Assembly (NCBI GenBank): GCA_030612025.1
Contig: JAUWOR010000005.1
Span: 32,001-96,000 of the forward strand
Length of the DNA stretch: 64,000 nucleotides
DNA from: Dehalococcoidia bacterium
GTDB taxonomy: Bacteria; Chloroflexota; Dehalococcoidia; GIF9; AB-539-J10
Direction of reading: 5' to 3'
Shown: positions 8,289 to 16,626 of the stretch, in pieces
Numbering within the stretch: position 1 is the first letter of the stretch
Layout: each line of letters opens with the position of its first letter
Notes under the pieces: generated by a model
Database searches by the model: none
Seen by the model: the letters and a program-made list of their open reading frames with translations, nothing else
Told to the model about the DNA's origin: nothing
Made by a program: the position numbers and the translations under genes

Positions 8289-9616
8289 GCATTGAGCTTA
8301 TTACCATACTCATGTTCGGTGGCCTTATTTTTCTCTTGATTTTAGGGATGCCGGTTTTCCTTGCCACCGGTAGCCTGGCGGTGATATTTATCACTTTCCT
8401 GTGGAGTCCGGCGGCTTTAGGTGTCGTTGCTATGCGCGTCTTTGGTCAGATGTATCAATACCTTCTCTTTGCTATTCCCCTGTTTATCTTTCTGGCAAGT
8501 ATGATGCAGCAGGCTGGTATCATCGAGGACATGTTTACCACGTTTCGGGAGTGGACAGGTCGGCTGGGAGGTGGATTGGCATCGGCGACGGTGCTGGTGG
8601 GTACTCTTTTGGCAGCTGTAGTTGGCGTTATCGGTGCCGCCGTGGTTACCATGGGAATCATCGCCCTGCCGGCTATGCTGAAACGCAAATACAGCAAGGA
8701 GATAGCCCTGGGGTCTATTATGGCCGGGGGAACTCTGGGAATCCTTATTCCTCCCAGCATATTGTTCATCCTTTATGCCCTGGTGGCTGGGGAATCGTGC
8801 GGAAAACTGTTTATCGGTGGTATCCTGCCTGGTTTGGTCCTTTCCGCTCTTTTTATTATCTATATAACTATAAGGTGCTGGCGCAAGCCGGAACTTGGTC
8901 CACCTCTTACCAAGGAAGAGTTGGCGGAGCTTACCTGGAAGCGGAAATTAATTGACCTGAAGGGTATAGCCTTCCCTATCGGCCTCATCATCCTAATTTT
9001 TGGCTCAATTTTCTTTGGGCTGGCTAGCATCACCGAGGCCGCTGGTGTTGGTGCTTTCGGTGCCATGGTGTGTGCTGCGACAAAGCGCCAGCTTACCTGG
9101 AAAAATGTGAAGGCAGCCAGCCACCAGACGGCAATTGTTACCTGCATGGTTCTATGGACCATCTTCGGCGCCCAGGCTTTCGTCACTTTCTACCTGGCTG
9201 TAGGCGGCGGCGAATTTATAAGCGGGCTGATATTGGGCACAGGGCTGGGTCCATATGGCATCCTATTCATAATAATGGGCATCCTCATTGTCCTGGGGAT
9301 GTTCCTGGACTGGGTAGGCATTATGCTCCTGTGCGTGCCTATCTTTCTTCCCATAATCAAGATGCTGGGTTTTGACCCATTATGGTTCGGCATCCTTTAC
9401 AACGTCAATATGCAGATGTCTTTCTTGAGTCCCCCTTTTGGTTACGCCCTGTTTTATCTCAAAGGAGTAGCCCCTCCAGGAATAAGTATGGAGGACATCA
9501 TCAAGGCTGCCTTACCCTTCCTCGGCCTTCAGTTTATCGGCCTGCTTATTTGTATTAAGTGGCCTATAATATGTTTATATCTTCCCGGTTTGATGTTTGT
9601 TGGCTTTGCGAAGTAG
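8285..9616 (+). CDS. dctM: TRAP transporter large permease
   Basis: AIPLFIF, GGTLGILIPPSI, SFLSPPFGYALFYLKG. Confidence 0.95.
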   Translation: MSIELITILMFGGLIFLLILGMPVFLATGSLAVIFITFLWSPAALGVVAMRVFGQMYQYLLFAIPLFIFLASMMQQAGIIEDMFTTFREWTGRLGGGLASATVLVGTLLAAVVGVIGAAVVTMGIIALPAMLKRKYSKEIALGSIMAGGTLGILIPPSILFILYALVAGESCGKLFIGGILPGLVLSALFIIYITIRCWRKPELGPPLTKEELAELTWKRKLIDLKGIAFPIGLIILIFGSIFFGLASITEAAGVGAFGAMVCAATKRQLTWKNVKAASHQTAIVTCMVLWTIFGAQAFVTFYLAVGGGEFISGLILGTGLGPYGILFIIMGILIVLGMFLDWVGIMLLCVPIFLPIIKMLGFDPLWFGILYNVNMQMSFLSPPFGYALFYLKGVAPPGISMEDIIKAALPFLGLQFIGLLICIKWPIICLYLPGLMFVGFAK

Positions 9617-9690
9617 ACGTCTTGCCGGAAAGAAAATCCGTAGTTATTAATGGGTTAGACTCTTTATTACTGTCGCTGCGAACTCAACAA

Positions 9691-9789
9691 AAGGAAATAG
9701 GATTTGATGGGGTATTTACCCCCGGGGCGACCAGGGAAGAAATAGTATCATCTATACCTGAAATTGTATCTAGCAGAATTGCTAGCTAA
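9691..9789 (+). pseudogene. Possible C-terminal remnant of a cobalamin-binding (mutase small subunit-like) protein
   Basis: KEIGFDGVFTPGATREEIVSSI resembles the G(V/F)DxVFxPG(T)xxEEIV end of B12-binding domains; no DxH motif upstream. Confidence 0.45.
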
Positions 9790-9943
9790 TTTAGAGTTCA
9801 TAATCTTGCCTTTCAGCGCTACTTGTTCAGTAGTTCTAATAGTGCTATCTTGAATCGATGTTGTAATTCTAGTGGTATTTGTACCACCAATTAAAGTGAG
9901 AGAGTTTTTTGCTGAGGAGCCGAGTAATGGGGGCATATATAAG

Positions 9944-10345
9944 ATGAGCAGGCATTTATTCCATGATTTTTTAGCCAGTGATGATACTCTCTGGGTGTAT
10001 AGTGGGGATAGGCTTTTGTTTACCTCAGCTAAAGATGGCTTGCTGCCATTACTTGATTATATTGATAAGTTTGCTCCTTACGAGGAGGGAGTTACAGTTT
10101 TTGACCGAATTGTGGGTAATGCTGCTGCTTTACTACTGGTTAAGGCTGCTGGCAAGAAAGTTTATAGCCCTTTAGGTAGTGAACTTGCCGCCAGGACATT
10201 GGGCAACTACACTGTTGAATATCACTTTAGTGAAGCTGTGCCATATATTCGCAATCCTAGTGGGCAGGATATGTGTCCAATGGAGAAATTATCTTTAAAT
10301 AAAAGTCCTGAGGAGTTTTACGAGCTAATGAAGCTCTCGTATTAG
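9944..10345 (+). CDS. DUF1893 (TM1506-like) protein
   Basis: GLLPLL, DRIVGNAAA, CPMEKL; ATG at 9944 preferred over the ORF-track start at 9872. Confidence 0.8.
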   Translation: MSRHLFHDFLASDDTLWVYSGDRLLFTSAKDGLLPLLDYIDKFAPYEEGVTVFDRIVGNAAALLLVKAAGKKVYSPLGSELAARTLGNYTVEYHFSEAVPYIRNPSGQDMCPMEKLSLNKSPEEFYELMKLSY

Positions 10346-10363
10346 ATGAGTTAAATTGCCTTA

Positions 10364-10392
10364 TTGACAAGACAGAATCCTTTTCTTAAGAT
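10364..10392 (+). promoter_or_regulatory. Putative sigma70-type promoter of the CoA-ligase operon
   Basis: TTGACA-17 nt-TAAGAT. Confidence 0.6.
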
Positions 10393-10419
10393 TAGAATAA
10401 AAATAAATTCCATTAGTTG

Positions 10420-10551
10420 AGGCCGTTTAAAAATGTAGTTGCCCAATTTATTGGGCGACTGTGCCTGATAAATCAGGCAACTACAAAAATTTGGGGGTGA
10501 AATACCTCTGAGATGGCTGAAATTGAACGGAGAATCAAAATTAAACAGCCT
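10420..10551 (+). mobile_element. 132-bp MITE-like element, copy 2, with an internal GTAG-type REP
   Basis: TIRs aggccgtttaa/ttaaacagcct; internal gtagttgcccaatttattgggc..gcctgataaatcaggcaactac; near-identical inverted copy at 43253-43384. Confidence 0.8.
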
Positions 10552-10572
10552 ATGGTTTTAAAGGAGGTGTAA

Positions 10573-11820
10573 ATGGCTAGGTTATTTGAATACCAAGGGA
10601 AAGAGTTTCTCAAAGATGTTGGGATTGCGATTCCAAATGGGGGAGTTGCCTCTACGGCGCAAGAGGCGCATGAGATTGCTGCCAGAATAGGTAAACCCGT
10701 GGCGTTGAAAGCTCAAGTTTGGGTTGGAGGGCGTGGGAAGGCAGGGGCAATAAAGTTTGCTGATACTCCTGAGGAAGCAGAAAAGGCAGCCAGTGCTATT
10801 TTAGGAATGGAAGTAAGAGGATTTCCAGTCCGGAAGGTGCTAGTAGAGGAGAAACTGGATATCGAGAAAGAATATTACGTAGGTGTAATTCCCGATGCTT
10901 CCTGGGATTGTAGAGCTCCGGTAATCATGTTCAGCCCCGAAGGAGGGATAGATATAGAAGAAGTCCCAGAGGATAAAATTTTCCGAGCCAGGGTTGATTA
11001 CCTTAAAGGTTTTCCTTTCTATGATGCCTTGGATCTGGCTAGCAGTGCAGGCATCCCTAGTAAGTTGCTAAGGGAAATGGCGGGGGTTATTTCTAAAGTG
11101 GTGGAAGTCTTTAAGAAACGTGATTGCAATATCCTGGAGATCAATCCTTTGGTATTGACTCGAGAGGGCAAAGTGATTGCCGGAGACTGTCGTATGGGTA
11201 TTGATGATAGTTCAACCTTCCGTCACCCTGAGATGGGGATCGCTATCCCCAGGGAATTTCCCTGGGAGCCCACAGATTTTGACATGGTTGGCTGGGGAAT
11301 TGAAGAAACAGACCTTCGTGGTTCAGGATTTGTTATGAAGATGAGCCTGGATGAAACAAGTCCTGGTTTCATCGGTTTCCATGCCATTGGTGGTGGGGGA
11401 GCCATGGTAGGGATGGACGCACTTAGTCGGGTAGGTCTCAAACCGGCAAATTTTGCTGACACGAGTGGCAATCCAGTGGCTTCCAAAATTTATCGAGTGG
11501 CCAAAGTAATTCTATCCCAGCCCAATATTGAAGGTTACCTGCTGGCCGGCTTCCTAATCGCCAACCAGGAGCAGTGGCATCACGCCCATGCTATAGTCAA
11601 GGCCTTGAGAGAAGAACTTCCCAAAAGACCGGGGTTTCCTTGTGTCCTTCTTCTGGCTGGGAATAAGGAGGAAGAGTCTTTGCAAATACTAAGAGAGGGT
11701 CTGAAAGATGTGCCTGGGCGTATCGAAATTTATGGAAGCGAACGTGTAGAGGATAGCGATTTCATTGGGGAAAGGATGCTGGCGTTAGTGAAAGAATACC
11801 ATGAAGAGAAAGGAAAATAA
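10573..11820 (+). CDS. ADP-forming acid:CoA ligase beta subunit (SucC/MtkA-like, divergent)
   Basis: LFEYQGKE, KAQVWVGGRGKAG, EGGIDIEE, EINPL; atypical GGGGAMVGMD and PANFADTSGNP in place of the usual GAGLAMATMD. Confidence 0.85.
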   Translation: MARLFEYQGKEFLKDVGIAIPNGGVASTAQEAHEIAARIGKPVALKAQVWVGGRGKAGAIKFADTPEEAEKAASAILGMEVRGFPVRKVLVEEKLDIEKEYYVGVIPDASWDCRAPVIMFSPEGGIDIEEVPEDKIFRARVDYLKGFPFYDALDLASSAGIPSKLLREMAGVISKVVEVFKKRDCNILEINPLVLTREGKVIAGDCRMGIDDSSTFRHPEMGIAIPREFPWEPTDFDMVGWGIEETDLRGSGFVMKMSLDETSPGFIGFHAIGGGGAMVGMDALSRVGLKPANFADTSGNPVASKIYRVAKVILSQPNIEGYLLAGFLIANQEQWHHAHAIVKALREELPKRPGFPCVLLLAGNKEEESLQILREGLKDVPGRIEIYGSERVEDSDFIGERMLALVKEYHEEKGK

Positions 11821-11830
11821 GGGAGGTTCT

Positions 11831-12124
11831 ATGTCCATGGAATTTGAAGAAAGAACCATTAAGGTAATCATTGATACCGATAAATGCCCGGATTGCCTAA
11901 GCAAAGCTTGCATAGAGGCCTGTAAGGTTTACAGTCGGGCTATTTTGCAATTAAGTGACGGGAGGCCCTCTGTAAGTCATCTTAGCCCTGAGGAGCTAAG
12001 ACGGAGAGGCACAGAATGTTTAGCCTGCGAGTATGAATGTTGGCAGCGTGGCAATAATGCTATCTATATCGAGATTCCTATTAAAGGTTTGGATGACTAT
12101 CTGAAGAAACGCAGTCTTAAATAG
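11831..12124 (+). CDS. Small ferredoxin-like Fe-S protein
   Basis: IDTDKCPDCLSKACIEAC and TECLACEYEC; GGAGG RBS before ATG 11831. Confidence 0.75.
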   Translation: MSMEFEERTIKVIIDTDKCPDCLSKACIEACKVYSRAILQLSDGRPSVSHLSPEELRRRGTECLACEYECWQRGNNAIYIEIPIKGLDDYLKKRSLK

Positions 12125-12133
12125 GGGGTAAAA

Positions 12134-13030
12134 ATGGCGATTATTATTGATGAAAATACCAAGGTAATTGTTCAAGGAATAACGGGACGAGAGGGCTCTC
12201 TTCGATCCAAGTATATGAAAGGTTATGGCACTAAGCTAGTAGCGGGTACTTCTCCTGGACGAGGTGGAGAGGAAGTGGATGGAATTCCGGTCTATAATAC
12301 TGTTAAGGAAGCGGTGAGGGCTCAGGGCGCGATAGATATGAGCGTTACCTTTATTCCCGGCCCGGGACTGAAAACGGCGGTATTGGAAGCTATTGACTCT
12401 GGTGTCAAATATATTGTTGCTCCAGTAGAGCGGGTGCCTCTTCATGATATCATGGAGATGGTCTCGGTAGCCAGTAAGTCAGGAGTGATGATAATCGGGC
12501 CGGGGTCGATTGGTATCATGAGCCCGGGGAAGGCTGTGGCAGGATGGTTAGGTGGGAATGTCCAGTGGGCGAATAAGCTATTTCAGCCTGGTCCAATTGG
12601 AGTCTTATCTCGGAGTGGCGGGGAGTCTGGGACAGTGCCATGGGTTCTCAAGAACGGAGGGTTTGGTGTAAGTACAGCCATTCATACAGGTACCGAACCA
12701 ATTCTTGGGGTGTCCTTTGCTGACCTTCTTCTCCTGTTTGAAAAAGACGAACAGACTCTTGCTGTGGCTGCATTTGGCGAGATTGGCGGCAGTCAGGAGG
12801 AGGAGGCAGCCGAGGTTATCAAAGCTGGTAAAGTTACCAAACCTTTCATTATCTATATTGCCGGAACAGCGGCTCCTGAAGGACAACGCTTCTCCCATGC
12901 ATCTGCTATAGTAGAGCGAGGGCGTGGTTCGGTGCAAAGCAAAGTAAAAGTCCTTCGTGAGGCAGGGGCTTATCCCGTGGAAACGCCTAAAGAAATCGTC
13001 CCTACGCTTAAAAAACTGTTGAAGTTATAG
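12134..13030 (+). CDS. ADP-forming acid:CoA ligase alpha subunit (SucD/MtkB-like)
   Basis: VQGITGREG, SRSGG, GEIGG, catalytic His in FSHASAI. Confidence 0.9.
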   Translation: MAIIIDENTKVIVQGITGREGSLRSKYMKGYGTKLVAGTSPGRGGEEVDGIPVYNTVKEAVRAQGAIDMSVTFIPGPGLKTAVLEAIDSGVKYIVAPVERVPLHDIMEMVSVASKSGVMIIGPGSIGIMSPGKAVAGWLGGNVQWANKLFQPGPIGVLSRSGGESGTVPWVLKNGGFGVSTAIHTGTEPILGVSFADLLLLFEKDEQTLAVAAFGEIGGSQEEEAAEVIKAGKVTKPFIIYIAGTAAPEGQRFSHASAIVERGRGSVQSKVKVLREAGAYPVETPKEIVPTLKKLLKL

Positions 13031-13111
13031 GGGGTGTAATATGTAGAGTGGTTGTTATGTTGGGGTCTTTTTCCAGGTAGTCAAAAAATTAAATCTATAG
13101 GAGGTAAGAAA

Positions 13112-14011
13112 ATGCCAGTTTTGAGGTCAGTGTTTTATGTTCCAGGAAATAAGGAGGAGTTGATTGCCAAGATTCCGAGGATAGCGGCGGATGTTATTAC
13201 ACTGGATATTGAGGATTCGGTGCCGCCGGCAGAGAAACAAAAAGCTCGAGAATTGAGCCATAAGAATCTCAAATTTGCGGCATCATCTGGCGCCGACGTT
13301 TATGTTCGTATCAACAACTGGGAAACGGGTATGACCAATGCAGATTGTGAAGCGGTGGTTGATGAAGGGCTTGTGGCTATTTGTCTGGCTAAGTGTGGGG
13401 GAGCAGATCATGTAAAGCGTTTGGCTTGGAAACTAGAAGAATTGGAACAGAGAAAGGGGTTAGAGGTAGGGAGCATAAAAATTCAGCTATTGATTGAAAC
13501 TGCTAAAGGCATGATGAATGTTTATGAAGCGGCTACTGCCAGTGAAAGAGTTAATTCGCTGATTTTTGGGGCGGTGGATTATACTACCGATATGAGGGTT
13601 ACCCTGACCCAGCCGATAGGTGAGGAACAGAAATGGGCTAGGGCGCGCATGGCCTGTGCCGCTAGAGCGGCCGGTATTATAGCTATTGACTGTCCTTATG
13701 TAGCCTTCAGAGACACTGAGGGCTTTGAGAAAGATACACTCTACGGTCGGCAGTTAGGCATGGAAGGAAGAATGCTGATTCATCCCAGCCAGATTGAGCC
13801 TTCTCACAGGATTTACACTCCGGCACCTGAGAGGGTAGAGTGGGCTAGAGAGGTTGTTAAGGTGTTTGAAGAGGAAGGAATCGCCAAGGGGTCGGCAGCA
13901 GTGTCATACAAAGGCAAGATGGTGGATACGCCTGTTTACGTCGGAGCTAAGAAGATCCTTGATACTATGGCGGAGATCGAAGCCAGGGAAAGAAAGCGCG
14001 CCGGAAAGTAG
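13112..14011 (+). CDS. CitE-family CoA-ester lyase (malyl-, citramalyl- or citryl-CoA lyase type)
   Basis: RSVFYVPGN, LDIEDSVP, VRIN, IETAKG, FGAVDY, IHPSQI, GKMVDTP; AGGAGG RBS before ATG 13112. Confidence 0.9.
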   Translation: MPVLRSVFYVPGNKEELIAKIPRIAADVITLDIEDSVPPAEKQKARELSHKNLKFAASSGADVYVRINNWETGMTNADCEAVVDEGLVAICLAKCGGADHVKRLAWKLEELEQRKGLEVGSIKIQLLIETAKGMMNVYEAATASERVNSLIFGAVDYTTDMRVTLTQPIGEEQKWARARMACAARAAGIIAIDCPYVAFRDTEGFEKDTLYGRQLGMEGRMLIHPSQIEPSHRIYTPAPERVEWAREVVKVFEEEGIAKGSAAVSYKGKMVDTPVYVGAKKILDTMAEIEARERKRAGK

Positions 14012-14088
14012 TGCAGTTGTAAAACAGCCAAGTGTTAACTAGTGCCAAAGCTAGCACTAGCAAACGAAATTAGAAGGAGGCGTTCATA

Positions 14089-15465
14089 ATGGATGTCAAA
14101 AAATTGCAGGATATCGTGGGTAGAGATTGGGTGGTAACGAAACCGGAACAAATGGTGGACTATATGCAGGATGCAGTGATGGGAGCTGTAATACCTAAGC
14201 CGGCAAAAAATGTCATCCTGGTAAAACCGGCTAATGCGCAAGAGATATCGGGGATATTGAAGCTGGCGAATAAGGAGAAATTCCCGGTCATTGTTAGGGG
14301 TGGAGGAAGTGGAATGGCTGGCGGTGCTGTACCAAATATAGACTGTGTACTTCTCTCGCTAGAAAGGCTTAACAAGATTGTAGAGCTAAGCAAAGAGGAT
14401 TTAATGGTCACTGTTGAGGCAGGAGTTCCTTACGGTGAGATGTGCGGAGTAGTAGAAGCCGAGGGCATGTTCTTCGCCCCAAGGCCGGGGGATGTGGGTG
14501 CTCATTGTGGCGGTATAGTTGCCACCAATGCCGGCGGTGCCAGAGCAGTAAAGTATGGTGTCACCAGGGCCTTTGTCAAGGGCCTTGAAGTGGTAACTCC
14601 CACCGGGGAAATACTGCATCTTGGTGGCAAGCTACTTAAGTACTCCATGGGTCTTGATTTGCTGCATTTGTTTGTAGGCAGCAAAGGGGTTTTAGGTGTG
14701 ATAACTAAAGTAACCTTCAGGCTTGCTTTGAAGCCGCCCTTTACTTCGCTTATGCTGGCGTCATATGATGAGCGTCTTGATGCCATGAAAGTTGCTCCAC
14801 ATGTAACTGAAGCGATGATAATTCCATTAGCCGGAGAGTATATCGATCACGACCTAGCCGTCGATACTGCTAAGTATCTGGGCATTGAATGGCCGGCCAA
14901 GAAAGGCAAGGCTCACATATTTTTTGTCAGTGAAGGCGCAAGTGAGGATGTAGTGTATTCGGAGCTTGAGAAAATATCCAAGATATGCGAGGAACACGGG
15001 GCACTCGATATAGTAATGGCAGAGAGAAAAGAAGAACAAGATGTTATTTTAAAGTCAAGAGGTGAGACAGGCTCAATGCAAAAGGCGGCCGGTAATATAG
15101 GGGACTTCATGGACGTAGCTGTGCCTCCATCGCGTGTGGCGGATCTCTTTGAGGGAATATTAGAAATCGAGAAGAAATACAATACCTGGATCCCTACCTG
15201 TGGACATGCAAGCGATGGTAATTTACATCCTACGCCTTTGAAGGAACTTGCCGATAGGGGTGTGCTCGAGGATTGTAAGACTGATATATATAAGAAAACT
15301 GTCGAGTTAGGCGGAGTTTTAACTGGTGAACATGGTATAGGAACAATCAGACTTCATAATACTCCTTTGTGGCCCGAGCCCCAAATATGGGAGTACATGA
15401 GAGGAATCAAAAAGGTATTTGACCCGAACAACATATTAAATCCGCACCGTGAAATCCCAGATTGA
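14089..15465 (+). CDS. Second FAD-linked 2-hydroxyacid dehydrogenase (GlcD/LctD family)
   Basis: RGGGSGMAGGA, NAGGARAVKYG, GHASDGNLH, GEHGIG; clear paralog of 3371-4738. Confidence 0.9.
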   Translation: MDVKKLQDIVGRDWVVTKPEQMVDYMQDAVMGAVIPKPAKNVILVKPANAQEISGILKLANKEKFPVIVRGGGSGMAGGAVPNIDCVLLSLERLNKIVELSKEDLMVTVEAGVPYGEMCGVVEAEGMFFAPRPGDVGAHCGGIVATNAGGARAVKYGVTRAFVKGLEVVTPTGEILHLGGKLLKYSMGLDLLHLFVGSKGVLGVITKVTFRLALKPPFTSLMLASYDERLDAMKVAPHVTEAMIIPLAGEYIDHDLAVDTAKYLGIEWPAKKGKAHIFFVSEGASEDVVYSELEKISKICEEHGALDIVMAERKEEQDVILKSRGETGSMQKAAGNIGDFMDVAVPPSRVADLFEGILEIEKKYNTWIPTCGHASDGNLHPTPLKELADRGVLEDCKTDIYKKTVELGGVLTGEHGIGTIRLHNTPLWPEPQIWEYMRGIKKVFDPNNILNPHREIPD

Positions 15466-15586
15466 TCTTCTCTATTTTTGTTTGCCAAGTAATACTACCG
15501 CTGAAGTGAGCTGAGGAATGGATGGCGCATGTTTGGTCATCCTGCTGTCCGGTGGTTATGGTTGTACTCCGTATCATTATTAATTT

Positions 15587-15643
15587 CCTTAGCCCCTCCT
15601 CTTTCACTAAGCCTTAAAAAAGGGAGGGGCTAAGGTATTTTTA
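15587..15643. terminator. Intrinsic terminator-like hairpin between convergent units
   Basis: ccttagcccctcc...ggaggggctaagg followed by tattttt. Confidence 0.65.
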
Positions 15644-15786
15644 TAGCACCTCCAGTTTTCGAGGAATTTAATCTGCTGAACTATAAACATAATATAGCGA
15701 AGTTGGCAAGGGGGGTTAAACCTATGTTAAAGCAATGGCCGCCCAGATTCGTATTGTAAGGCAAGTCAATTGTCATTTCCTTGTAT

Positions 15787-16611
15787 TTAGGGCATTTTAT
15801 GGTGTAACTCTTCAATGCGGTAGCTAAATGTGCCAGCAGGGGCGATGACTTCAATTGTTTGTCCTCTTTCTTTGCCTAAAAGGGCTTTGCCTATAGGTGA
15901 TGCGATGGAAATTCTGCCCTTGGTTGGATTTGATTCCCGGGGGTAGACTAGGATGTAGTGGAGCTGCTTATCTGAAGAGAAGTCGTAAAGCATCACTGTG
16001 TCACCGCTTTTTATCTTCGATGTGCCTTGATTTTCAGCCATAATTGTGGCTGATTTTAAAGTTGCCTCTAACTCTTGGATTCTTCCTTCTAGATGTGCTT
16101 TATGTTCTCGAGCTGCTGCCAGTGGAGCATTTTCTCGGAAGTCTTTATCAGCTGCCGCTCTACGTATTTCCTCGGTGACCTCAGAGCGCTGACTCTTCAA
16201 ATCAGCCAACTCTTTTTCAAGTTTGGCATAACCTTGTGCCGTTAGAGTAGTTTGGGCTGGGAGATTTTGCTGAGGTGAAGCTCCCTTGTGGGATATTTTT
16301 TTCACTCGGAGGTGGACAGCTAAATTCACCTTGCTGAATCCTTTTCTGCGAATATAGGTAAGGAAAGACTTAACCGGCTTTGTCTCCGAGGGGGTGATTT
16401 GCTCAGCGTAGATAGCTATATCGAGAGGACTAAGCTCGTCTACTTTTCTGTGTAGGCCAAGCCAGCGGATAAATTTATATATTTCCCTCTGTGCCTTTTC
16501 TCTGTCTTGCGGGGGTAGACTAATTAAATAATCAGCAGCTACTTCAACTACTGTAGAATCTGGACTAGTGATATTACTCACAGAATAACTAATGATAAGA
16601 TGAAAGGGCAA
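15787..16611 (-). CDS. greA: Transcription elongation factor GreA with a ~115-aa N-terminal extension
   Basis: LTAQGYAKLEKEL, DKDFRENA, ISIASPIGKALLG; true start may be GTG 16581. Confidence 0.85.
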   Translation of the reverse strand: MPFHLIISYSVSNITSPDSTVVEVAADYLISLPPQDREKAQREIYKFIRWLGLHRKVDELSPLDIAIYAEQITPSETKPVKSFLTYIRRKGFSKVNLAVHLRVKKISHKGASPQQNLPAQTTLTAQGYAKLEKELADLKSQRSEVTEEIRRAAADKDFRENAPLAAAREHKAHLEGRIQELEATLKSATIMAENQGTSKIKSGDTVMLYDFSSDKQLHYILVYPRESNPTKGRISIASPIGKALLGKERGQTIEVIAPAGTFSYRIEELHHKMP

Positions 16612-16626
16612 GCAGTGTCAATTGAT

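Noticed and set aside
10573-13030. Canonical TCA succinyl-CoA synthetase (sucCD)
   Set aside because: The divergent beta-subunit motifs, the interposed Fe-S gene and the CitE/GlcD context argue for another substrate, so gene symbols were withheld.
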